Shown here one piece after another: positions 52,261 through 64,000 of a DNA stretch of 64,000 nucleotides. The position numbers and the translations under genes are program-made. Below the pieces are notes generated by a model. The model did no database searches. It was given only the letters and a program-made list of their open reading frames with translations, and was not told where the DNA came from. Positions within the stretch are counted from its first letter, which is position 1. Every line of letters begins with the position of its first letter. Origin of the DNA: Trichoplax adhaerens (lineage: Eukaryota; Animalia; Placozoa); the NCBI RefSeq assembly GCF_000150275.1, contig NW_002060945.1, positions 817,872-881,871 of the forward strand. Direction: 5' to 3'.

Positions 52261-53268
52261 CTGCCAAATATAAATGATTATTAACGATAAAAGTCAAATC
52301 TAACGTCATGGCCAACGCTAAGAAATTATACAGAAGGAACAAAATAATATAATTGAAAGCTCTAACAGGTAAAATAACATATTAACGGCATGGATAAACA
52401 ATACAGATAATCTGTAATAAAGCAGTGAGAGATTCTAAAATAGCAATCCATATTAAGGTCATACACCTTCTGTTATGAATTATTTTTACAACCTCCTCTT
52501 TAATCCAAAAAATCTATCCTTAACATATAATATTACTGTAAGTTATTTTAATAAAATGTTAATGGATGATAGAATATGATTGATTAATTGATACATATAA
52601 CGTTTGTCTATCTATTTATCTATCTATATGTATTTATATATAATTTATAGAAGTAGACAATATAGAGATTTATTAGTAAACTGAATATGTAAATGATGAA
52701 AAAGTGATATTAAAAAAAGTATAATGCGTTATATGTAATTCATTCATATTATTTGACAGATCAGAGTAGGAGCATTACCTTGTAAACATTTTTTCTACGA
52801 TGAATCAAAAAATGTGTCATTTAGGCAGCGGCCCAGTATTCGCACAAATTTTACGAAGCAAAGCAATAAAGAGATTGTACTTAAAAGTACAGCAACTTGT
52901 GAGATAGGTTTTGACATGATGGTTTCCAAGAATAATAGAATTTGTAATCAATGTGCGGTTTCGCTTCCCCAGTATACCGCAAGGACAAATTATAAATTAG
53001 CGTATGTTCTGCTAGTAGTATAGCGCAGTATAATGGTGTAACAAGAATTAGTAGAATACAATTTAAATCTGGTATACCAATAAGAACATAACGCATCAAA
53101 GCCAACTGTGATAAAACCATTCAGGTTACATTTAACATACAAGTAGTTCCAAAAAAATACCACATTCATCGACAAAGACTACGTCTACACTTTGATTTTA
53201 CAGACCATTTAATATCATATTAGCAATAATATGATAACATAATGTGAATAGCATGATATAATATCACA

Positions 53269-53291
53269 TATATATATATATATATATATAT
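53269..53291. repeat. (TA)n microsatellite
   Basis: tatatatatatatatatatat run. Confidence 0.9.
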
Positions 53292-53806
53292 CTTGAATTA
53301 CGACGTTTCAGATGCATACTTTGATCATAAATGTTTCAATATCTCTATGACTTTTTAAAACCATCAATTCATAAATATAAAATTGTCTTGCTTCGGCACT
53401 TCAGGACGCAATACAATAATTCTTATTTCGTCGTACTTTGAGTAATAAGATCTCTTCTTAATTTATAATAGATCTGCATCTCAATTACAAAATTTGTATT
53501 AATATTTATCTTACTTTTGCTGATAAAAATAATCTTTCTCATCCTTAGTAGATCTTTTCCATGACTGTTGTCGGCTACTTGATAAAAAAAATGTTAGCCA
53601 TATTCTTGATAAACTCCTACTCTTTAATCATTGTGCAAACAATTAAGTGTTGACCCAACGGACCATTGATTACATAACTACTGACAAATACGTACTATAG
53701 TAAAATAAGTTCATACATAAAAAAGAACATGATCTTGCTCTCTCTAGTTTTTACTATTTTGGACTACTTCAGTTCCATATCCTTCCATAATTAAATGTTG
53801 ATCGAC

Positions 53807-56800
53807 TTAAGACAATAGGTGAAGCACTTGGGAAATTTTTGATGCACAAGCAGGGCAACGATCATCATCATCTACAGCTTTCAATGCACAGTCCATACAA
53901 TACAAGTTATGACCACAGGGTACAAAAGCAGCTTTGATTTCACTTTTTCTGCAAACAGCGCACTCTTTGTAACTGCGTTGACTGCGCGTATGAGCAAGTT
54001 GCATATGTACGTTCTGTGAAGCGCTACTACTTTTTAACGAATTCTCATAGATAGGATGAGATGTGGATGTTAAAGGATTTGTTAAAGGATCACTTCGTAG
54101 GCGCCTAGCACTTTGATGTTGATTACCAGTAGCTCCTGGATTGCCTAATGGATCAACTTGCAGTGGATTTCGCCTCGGATTATGGCTGCTACTGGGAAGT
54201 CCATTCAAACTACTCGTGCGTTTAGCTGCAATTCGGTTATATCTTACTTTTTCATTACCCCACAGATTCGGTGATTGGAGCTGTGGTGATCGAGTAGGCG
54301 TTGGTGAATCGATACCTAGATCATGATCTGAATCATTAAAATTGTAAGCGTTGTGATTATTGGTGTAATCTGAACCAACTTTGTTGCTAGGTCCACCATT
54401 AGAAACGCTAGAAAAGAAAAATGTATCAGTATTGGAAGCAGATGGTCTTCCAAATCCGGGGAAAGGTGATGAATTGCTCTGAAATAGCGCAGTCTGTGAA
54501 GGATATTCGGAACTCGATTGATAATCAGAGTCATCACCGTTAGTGTCAACAGTCCCTCCAGTTCTTGTAGCTATATGACCTTCGATCTCTTCTCTTGCTC
54601 TTTCCACGTTATCTTGTAAACCAGTTACTTCAAAGATTGGTTCTTTATCTCTTGATGGAGTTACAATGTAAGTATTAGTTTGTTGTTGAATTCTCTTAAT
54701 AGTTGCACCTTTTGGCCCAACAACTAAACCAACCACACGATAAGGTACACGAACTTTAATTGTTACATGGCCAGGAGCATTAGGTGATGGAGGTCCATGG
54801 CTTGTGTTTCCTATACTACTGGTTACTACGTTACCAGTTGCAGCATTAGCTTTACGAGCTGCACGTATTTGCGAAAAGTGTTCAGCAGCGGACTGAATCT
54901 CTCGTTTGGCAGCTACAACATCTTCCCGTCGTCCAGTGACTACAAATACAGGTTGTTCTCCGCGAACTGGAGTTTTAATATATGTATTTGTTTTAGCACG
55001 TAAGGCCTTAATTTTGCACCCTAAATAGATTATAATTCGTATTACATTATTACGGTGTATTAGAAGCTAAAATAATCAATCATGGGACCTTAAAAAGTAT
55101 TTAAAATTTACACTCTTGAGTCATAGACTTAGTAGTAAGCAAGGATACTCCTATACCAAGTCAGGTCATACATACATAAATATCTATATTGTGCGATTAT
55201 ATTATAGACTGAAAATATCTCTACTTTTTTATTTTTCAAATATATTGCAGTTAGTAAGTAGTTACTTTATCTGCAGAGTGTACGAGTAATACTATGTACA
55301 GTACTACATAGTAAAATTTTCGGTAAGCATAAACTACTGTATTCTCAAATGTGGAACAAATTAAGCTAGTAGATAGTGAATAAATAAATGTTTATTGTCC
55401 AATGAGTAAACACCCCAATTTTAAGTGGTCGATGATGCAATGTTGGAATATTATAACACAATTAATTAATCAACTAAAAATTGAGAACGGTTGTTGTAAC
55501 TCGATCGCAAGAAAGCATCTAATGAAATAAGGTTAGCAGTCGAAGGGCATTGTACAATGTACAGTACAGTATACGGATATGTTCGATATCGTGATGTACT
55601 GTTGGCATAATATGTCAATATATGATTTTATTATGGCTAATAATGGTGTGTTCTAGAAATGTCACAATATGGAAATCAACAAAGGTGATATATAATTTGT
55701 GTCATCCACAGATAGTTGAGCTTAACCGTAAGCATACGTATCCTATTACAGTACATAGTTCAGTAGTCAACAGTACTTCATACAGCAAAATAAATAGTTA
55801 CAGTATGAAATTTGGACTCGATACTATGAAGCAGTTTTAAACCGACAGTAAAAATATTTAACTGGTAAACATGTCATGAAAGCGCTTCACGTCTGTTACT
55901 CAAGCATCATTTTTAAATGCGAACAATAAAGCTCCCAGCCTCCCATACTGCATAATGTCACTTAAATTATATACAGTGATGATCTTTGACATCAATTTTA
56001 TCGCAGTTGTCAGAGATCGAACGATTTCTGACAGTTTAAATCATAATCAACTCTTATAAACAAAATATTCACGCTCGGTGCATAGTGCATACTGTACGAC
56101 ACTCTTAAATTATAGTACTGTACAGTACAGTCAAAGTTAGTACGGCGAAGCGTATGGATCGAGGTTTTCACGGTCTGATCTAGTTACGGACCCATGGGGG
56201 TACAGTACTGGAACACAAATAACACGTGCGCACTTGGCAACCATGTACTGTACTGTACACTTGTGCTTGTACGCTGTGACAGCATTTTTACGTACAGTAC
56301 CATGACTATGTTTTGTTTACCACAGACTGTACAGTACTGTACCTTCTTACGGTTATCGCTAGTTACAGTATTACTGATTTACTGTACAGTAGTGTACTGT
56401 ACCATACTGGCTTTTTCCTTGACTACTTCAATGTACCGTACAGACGGTTCTGTAAAATCGTATAGACACCATAGCATGGCCATAGACAGCACGACGCACA
56501 TAGTGACTTGATCCATGCAAAGGAGAAAACGACCGTACTTGCGCTACTGTATTAATGTACTAAGCGAAAAGTTCACGGCAGTACAATCTCTACCACTACT
56601 AACGTGGATACTAGTAATTGTACTGTACTGTGCTGTACAGTATGGTTGTAGCGATTCTAGTACTGTAAACAGACAGAACACGAATAACAACGTCAAACTT
56701 TCATTTTTCAAGTAGTCCCCTTACAAACTACAAACACACAAACAACAACAAATATTTAAAGTGTAACGACTTAAACTTTCAATAAGAACTACTACATCGA

Positions 56801-57671
56801 AAATATATATATTTTTTTTTACTAATCTTCGTCCTGATAAGTATTAGAGTTATGACTGAAGCAGAAAAGCATCGAACCATCATTTTACAAAACACGCAGC
56901 ATAAATGACACGCTACAGTAATAATATCATTGTTGAGGTACCCGTACGAAAAATTCGTATATACGCGTACAGTAAGGAATTGAGGAAAGCAGGGCTTCAA
57001 ATGATATGAGGAAGATATCCACTGGCACGTAAATATTACAGTATAGAATAGTTACATCTGCTACAATTAGTTAATTAAGCTAATTTGCAGTGCTGTACAT
57101 TGATAAGACTACAACAACCGAATTTTGAGTCTTGGGAAATGACAAAGAGTGAACTGAAATAAAGTTGCTGATAATATGCTGTGGTATAATTATATAATCG
57201 TTTGAACATCATGTACAGTAACGAGAAGTAAAAATACCCAGAAAACACCGATTCCTTCAATTTCCGCAACTAAGTAGTTTATACCATTCATTAGCATGTT
57301 CGTTCTGTCAGGTGCACAGGAAAAATATCTTTCATACTTTATAATCTATTCTTACCTTGACGACCAACAATTTCAGCAACATGTTCAGAACTGGGTACAG
57401 GCACACATTCCGTAGTATTGCAGGACCTCCTTACACTACGAGGATCATTGCCACCATTTATATCCGAGAGGGGAGGCGTTTTAGAGTTAGGCTCATTTGG
57501 CGATTCGTCATCACTACTAAAACCTAGTATACTTAGATCCACCGCAAGCGAGATAGATTCATCATTTATCCCATTATTTCCACTTGCGGTTCCAACATTA
57601 CTGCCATTCTGAAGGCAACCGTTACCTAACCTAGATTCCATGTCGGTTATATTAACTAACGAACTGGGCAT
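53807..57671 (-). CDS. MEX3: RNA-binding E3 ligase MEX3 (2 KH domains + C-terminal RING), 2 coding exons, ~509 aa
   Basis: Exon 57356-57671 ends [20 protein letters not shown] with donor gtaaga. Exon 53807-55020 follows acceptor atttag: [34 protein letters not shown]...[50 protein letters not shown]...[12 protein letters not shown]...CPAC. 316+1214 nt gives an open 510-codon frame. Confidence 0.96.
56080..56670. repeat. CAGTA/TACTG pentamer-rich tract in the MEX3 intron
   Basis: Repeated gtactgtac/gtacagtac units, e.g. 56115-56131, 56245-56258, 56327-56342, 56620-56642. Confidence 0.7.
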
Positions 57672-57677
57672 GGATTG

Positions 57678-60060
57678 CTACAGAAGATGTTTAGCTATTA
57701 AGATTTCACAGAACACAGAATGCTGTGTATCTCAGGTTTCTCGTTTACTCTAGCGTCTTTTTGACTCTAAGAATAATAGAAATAATGAGTTAATTGAACT
57801 TATTTTATGCCCCCTTCTTCGAACAGGAAAATCTTGCAATTTTTATAAGTAAAATATTACCTGTTTGCGAACGCCGAAATTGGTGACTCTCTTCCCGGTC
57901 AAATAGCACAGTGGAAAAGAGAGACTACAGTATTGATATTATTATTTTCAAGTATAGTAATGGTCCAACTTTTCAAGTTGTTTGATAGTACAGGTCAAAA
58001 CTATTTCTGGACTCCAATACAATATATTAAAAGATAGTAGGGGATTTTTGTTTCAATCCTATCCAACCTTTTTCAAATTAAATATTGCCTTTAAATTTTA
58101 CTTAAGATCTGAAAAAAAGACCATAAACTTTGGTAAGTCTTTATTTAAGTAAGTATGCTATTACTAAACAAATTAGATTTTTAATTAATTCAGATGTGGT
58201 ATCGATATAGAAGTTAAGTGAAGAATTGATCAATTTTACAATATTTAAAAAATAAATCATTTACATCTACATCATCTAATAGGCTAACGGTAAATCCTAC
58301 CCTAAGACTACAATCTTACACGTTGAAAGTTTACACACAGCAGAAATACAGTTCTTATTATCAATCCATCAACTATACTGTTCCACAGATTATTGAGTAA
58401 TAAGCTAGCGAGCGATCGGGACCATCATAGGGTACATCACGAAAGAGATACAACCGCTAAAGAAGTTGTAAATGTAGTGTAACTTTTTGACAATATAATA
58501 TACACCTCATACTAGACACGTGTTATAAGGGTAATAAGGCCCCTAAATTTAGCCATGGTAATAGATTGAACGATTGAAGAAACATTTTAAGGATCGAAAC
58601 AATACTTGGTGATACGTAAGAATACGGGTAAGAAAACGGAGACGTTACGTAAAAAAAAATGGGCATTACAGCAATAATTAATTAGATTCAATGAATCGTT
58701 CCATTTGTTAAAATATAAAAGAAATATACCTGATTTAATATAAGGTGTATTGAATTTGAGTTAGAGAAAGTTTTATAACTTCTTCGCTTGCACACCTTAA
58801 ATAGATTGTGCGGGCGATTTAATAGACATCCAAGGTAATATTGAGTATAAAAAATGACATTGTAAGATATGAAAAACTACGACGGTAAAATGGGTAACGT
58901 GCGACCAATTCTGAAACAGAGAACGTCAAGTCACGCTATCGTTCCAATTATTCATTTTATAAAGTTTTAGATTTATTAGACCATGATAGCGTCTATTTCA
59001 ATCATGATTGAAATAGTAACTGCTTCCGAGCAGTAGTACATTAGTGAAGCAAAAATAAACATGGAAAAAAAAATCTACCATAGTCCATGTCACCATGTAC
59101 GAGCACGAACAAAGTCGATACCTAACATCTACAATAATCTCATTCGTTACTAATTTAACCAACACTTTTGATTAAGCGTACGCTGACTGTGTTGCAAAAG
59201 CATGTATTGACACTGACACTACCGTAGCGTACGTACAGTACTGAACTGTACGTAGGTCGAAGTGACAAGCCGATCGTTTTAGTGGCGTTGAATCATGCTT
59301 TCATGGCAAGTTGAGTGTAAGTCTCAAGGTAAAAACCGCTTATTACTTTCTCTTCTTTGCAATAAGGGCAGTACTTTGCTGCTAACTATGAAAATTTTTC
59401 GCCTTGACTCCTTATCTGAATTGTAGTGGGCCGTATACATGCTCATAGTATTCAACTGGCTTTTTTAATTAACTATAGTCATCCAACGACGACGAGAGAA
59501 TATTGAACTGTCAATTTTTATTTGGGGAAATCAACAGTACAGTATACTGTTCTTAGCAACTGTGAAAGAAAAATAAGGCAGACTAAATGTGGCTTACTTT
59601 CTCAGAAATTACATCACTCTAAAGTCAAGCATAACGAAAATGGTAACATAGATACCAAGAAGGGTAATGTAAAGTTCACTGACAACAGCAAGTAAAAATA
59701 ATGGCACTTCACCATGCCATGAAACTACGTACGCTCTTGTGAAAGTAAGTCTATTTGAAAATTTTTAAAGGTAGTAAAAGAATCAATACGCATTTTCTCT
59801 TCCATTAATTTTCTTTACTTTTCGTAATGTACTTACCACAACCAATGTTTATTCGTTTGACTTGGAATCAGGAGAAAAAAAGGAACGTAAACTTACAAGT
59901 TGAAAAAATACAACACTAAATACGAACGACGACTTTTTCTGTCAATTTTAACTTAGCGTTTGCCGTAATAAGTAAGACTGCACGACTGCAGTTATTAAAC
60001 ACAGTCGTTTGTACGCACTCAGCAACACGTCTTCAGACGAGAAAGGTATACAATAGAAGT
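57678..60060 (-). other. Probable spliced 5' UTR of MEX3
   Basis: On the - strand: acceptor cttctgtag 6 nt before the ATG, donor cag|gtaa at ~57861, acceptor tctttttttcag at ~58109, and gtaag donors at ~59830 and ~59891. Confidence 0.45.
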
Positions 60061-60104
60061 CTCACACATGTACGCACGGTACCAGCATTGTTCGTTCATC
60101 AAGT

Positions 60105-61380
60105 TTAGTACAGTACAGTACAGTCAATGAATAGTCGTCATCTATGTACGGTAATAATAATAATAGTAATAATAATGGTAATAATAATACCCATAATAAC
60201 AATGCAGTAATTGCAGTCTACAGCGAAGTATTGTAACTAAAGTGATTGATTTGTTATAGCCCGCCCCCAGCCACACTGCCGTGCCATTTTTTTACAGTAC
60301 AGTACTGTACTGTACTGTATGGCTGACGATTACTGACGATGTACAGTACAGTACAGTACAGTACAGTACAGTCTGCACTGTACACTGTACACTGTACAGT
60401 CGGTCAATCTTTCTGTTTTTGATCTCTGATACAGTACTGTACACTGTACAGTACAGTATGAACTGTAGGTTGTTGCTAAAGTCCAGTTGTCCAGTACTGC
60501 AGTACAGTACTGTACTTGATGACTGCTTTTTTTTCCGTACTGTACTGTCTGTTAGGACAGGTGTAAATTGGCAAGATTCCTGATCCCAGCTCCAAGTTAT
60601 CATCACTTATCATGACTACTTCAAAGTGTAAATAGCTTGTGATTAGTAGAGCATCAGTATCCCTAGTACTAGCATTAGTACAGTATAATATTGGATAGTA
60701 ACATTTTGGACTTCTTTTTGATGACTTTATCACCTTAACACTTACTGTAGGCAGACCGTCAGAGGCTATGAGTACACAGTAGCGTAGTCAAGATTAATTA
60801 ATTATGACTACAAATTTTGAGGAGCATGTGCTCTGTCAATGCCTTTATTTATTATTCTTATACAGTATGCCTACTGCAGATTAATTTATGAGTAATATAG
60901 TAGAATTAAAACTGTATGAAAATACTGTACGTTAATAGCAGGGATTCTCGGTGTGCGGATAATGTGAAAATAGAAGTATTACAAGGCATCAGCCTAGTCA
61001 AGGACATCGGTAAGGGCTTTCACCACGTTCGTAGCTCGTAGCAAAGAAGTGCGTGTACGCCTGTACGGGTCAATTAATTATTGATGATTGATCCGCAAGA
61101 AACTCAACCTGCTACTCTAGTTGGCTACCGTACTGTGGCGTGTTTTAATACTGTACACTGTACAGTACAGTACAGTCATATCCATCAACTCTCAACTCTT
61201 GAGTCACGTGGACACGAATCTACCGCTTTCATTGGTAAACTGTTTTATAAACAAAATATCATCTGTCAATATTCACATCAGGCACCGGCGCTTACTGTAG
61301 ACTGTAGTACTGTATGTACAGTACTATAGTGTACAGTACTTTCACCAGAATTGACTAAGTAATTAATGCTGTACTGAAAA
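60105..61380. repeat. Dense CAGTA/TACTG pentamer arrays (both orientations) in the putative MEX3 promoter region; GC-box-like gcccgcccc at ~60259
   Basis: For example tacagtacagtactgtactgtactgta (~60293-60319), (acagt)n at ~60343-60372, and further clusters at 61130-61180 and 61290-61340. Confidence 0.8.
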
Positions 61381-64000
61381 CACTGGTATGAATGAATAGA
61401 ATTGCCTTCACCACAGCCATCGCAGTGAAAGGACCACTGGCTAGCTCAATTTTGGACTATTCCATTCTCCATGACTTGATGAAATGGAAAACTCCAAGCT
61501 AATAAAAATCATAAAGCATAATTAACATCGTAAATTTTGATCAACTTCTGAAATGAGATCATTTGCTTTCTCATTTCACACGATTTCATATCTGACTCTT
61601 TGAATTACTATATATATTAGTAACCCTTTTAAGTGCCTACAGTCATATTTCCTAGTACTGCGTTCTACAGCTCTAGCTAATTATGTTAGCTAGTTGATTA
61701 GCTATGGCGACAATATTAACAATTTCCATGACTGCATAACTCAACTGCTTTCCTCAAAATGATTGTTAGAGTCAATGGCATCATCGAACCATGAGTAGCT
61801 AAGAACGATAATGTTTTGAAGCTGGCGTTACCCATTAATTCATGCTGTTGGCAACATCTTCCAATAAGTTATGGATTTACGATATAATAATATACCGTAA
61901 AAAGAATAATCGTTACTGAGCTATTGATGATAATTACGTCGGTGTTGGTTTTATTTAATTGAAGCTCTATTTGATTTCATCACTGGCTTTGAATATCGCT
62001 TGTCTTATGCCACCGTCATTTACATGCAGGGATGGTTACTCATTTAATCTTCAGTGACTTAAGGTAGCTCTCTGTTGACTCAGGTTTTATATTTCTCTGC
62101 TTAAAATACATTTCTCACCTTATTCTATTCATAAGGGTAATATCACGCCCATTCATCTAATCTGCTTTAACAGCAGCCTCATCGACTAGAAGAATTCGTT
62201 TTAGAAGTTAATAAAAATATAATCATCTATGTAGTGTGTGAGAGAGATGTAGGTATAAACACAAATGCATACGCAATGCTACGTCATTAAAGTTAGGGTC
62301 CTCTAGTTACAAAAATAGCTCATTCAAAAAATAATATCATAAGTTGGAGAGTATTTTTAATCCACAGCAACAACTACATGAGGCTTATACATTTACCCGT
62401 GACTAACATCTTACAAACAATGTAGCCTTTTTTGTCATACATATCAAGCCAATTTATTCCCTCTAGACAAGAGAAATTCAAACGTCGAAGCTAGCAGGTA
62501 ATTATCTACCCCCACAGCATGTGAATGGCATCATGCCACGACCAACAAATAATAGAGTGGAAAGAAAGGAATTGAATCAATGACGAGCTTACCTGACCTA
62601 TAGTACAGTATCTACGATGCACTCTAATTATATCCTTCGTTTCTATTCGATACATCATGCATAGATTGGTTGATATTTATATTATGTTCTAGAATCCATC
62701 ATTCTTGCTATAAAACGATTGCAGATAATAAAAAATTGTAACAATAGTTAGAAGAGGAGGAGAATAATGTTTAAATAAATGGGCAAGTTGATCCATCAAC
62801 TTTCTACTTTAGCCCTCCCACTGCGACTTTGTTGAATTAGAGCTGAGAAAAAAACAAAAAGAAAGAGAATATAAATGCAACTCTTAGTTCAATTATTGTA
62901 TTGACTTGAAGGCGACAAAATACTGTTGAAATCGTTCCAGTCGTAACTAACTGTAGCTATTTATTGATTATTGTAAAGCCAGGACAATTTCATCAACACC
63001 CATAGACAGCGTATCAAGAATTTTATTGTTATCAAACCATTCTTGCATCTTCGACTATGATTCTTATGCTAATTATTTTGTCAACTCTACTTCATGAATT
63101 AATAAAAATAGACTGTAAGTGCATGTATATTCAAATACTATTTGATTATCATCGCGTCAATACTACCACCAAACCCAGAAAAAAATCGCTACCATTATCA
63201 ACAAACTTCTAGATTTGTTTTTTCTTGTTTTTGTTTTAAAATTACTATTGTATAAAATTATAATCGTCAAAGTCTATTTGACATCCCTATACATTCCTCC
63301 ATAGCAATGACTTATCGATAAGATTAATCTTAATTCGAAAGGTCATGGACATAAAATAGGACTGATAATTAAATTTGGCTGTATATCATTGAATGATCGA
63401 TTAGGTTATACTTTCCACAATCGTGATATGAAAGGAATTTAGCTTTAAAATGCATCAGTGAGTTTATTCAGTATTATTAAAATTCATTTTAGAAATACAT
63501 ATGTATCTTATCTTAATATTTAACCTATTTTCGCTACCACAGTAATCAATCTAATTTCGTCTTTAATATCAAACAAACAAACTGTCAAGTTTATTAAAAG
63601 TCAAAATTGATTGCATATAACGTATATGATTCCGTTATTAATATTCGTGGATATTACGTATTATTATTTGATAATGACCACGATATGGATAAAATATGTA
63701 CACAAAATGTAAAAGATGATTTTAGTACTGCATAGTATTCTTCCGTTAATAGTACAAGTAGAAGGAAAGAAAGGGAGTTGATCAAAAAAGACGACAATCA
63801 ACATCATTAGAAGTTAAAAGACAATGCTCTATAAATACAATGATGAGTAATAGAAAGAATATGAATATCATCATTAACTGTTAAGAATGTCTACAGGTAG
63901 AAATTAAAAAGTAATATCTAAATGATGATAATTGAGCAATATCCTGGCGTGACCGGTAGAATCGATCGCGGTACATCATATCTTTAACGACATTATCTTG

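Noticed and set aside
40453-53175. Scattered 60-80 aa ORFs in the long intergenic region
   Set aside because: Low-complexity, AT-driven I/L/F/Y-rich translations with no recognisable domains.
60281-60733. ORFs 60281-60583, 60292-60606, 60476-60733 (also 56194-56511, 61081-61329)
   Set aside because: Translations (STVLYC/TVQY repeats) are artefacts of the CAGTA/TACTG pentamer arrays.

Overview
AT-rich eukaryotic (animal) genomic DNA with short GT-AG introns. Composition and gene architecture resemble a compact basal-metazoan genome such as a placozoan (inference, not proven). Ordinary host genes, left to right: the 3' part of a multi-exon DEAH helicase (DHX36-like, +), DNAJC28 (-), a 6-exon TERB2-like meiotic telomere gene that the ORF track largely misses (+), an MBD2/3-like gene with an apparently eroded methyl-CpG-binding domain (+), and MEX3 (-). 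The standout feature lies at ~15-33 kb: a tandem cluster of genes with intronless coding regions and a bacterial-defence-like core. The intact member (26595-31049, 1484 aa) fuses four Ulp1/CE-clan cysteine-peptidase-like repeats to an ABC-class ATPase and an OLD/DUF4435-like TOPRIM nuclease domain. It sits among a protease-less paralog with one in-frame stop, two decayed pseudogenes and opposite-strand relics, which suggests a rapidly turning-over, possibly horizontally acquired immunity/conflict locus. Also present: a ~123-bp tandem array, a duplicated hairpin element, dispersed repeats, a ~20-kb region with no recognisable gene downstream of MEX3, and dense CAGTA/TACTG pentamer arrays around the MEX3 5' end and intron.
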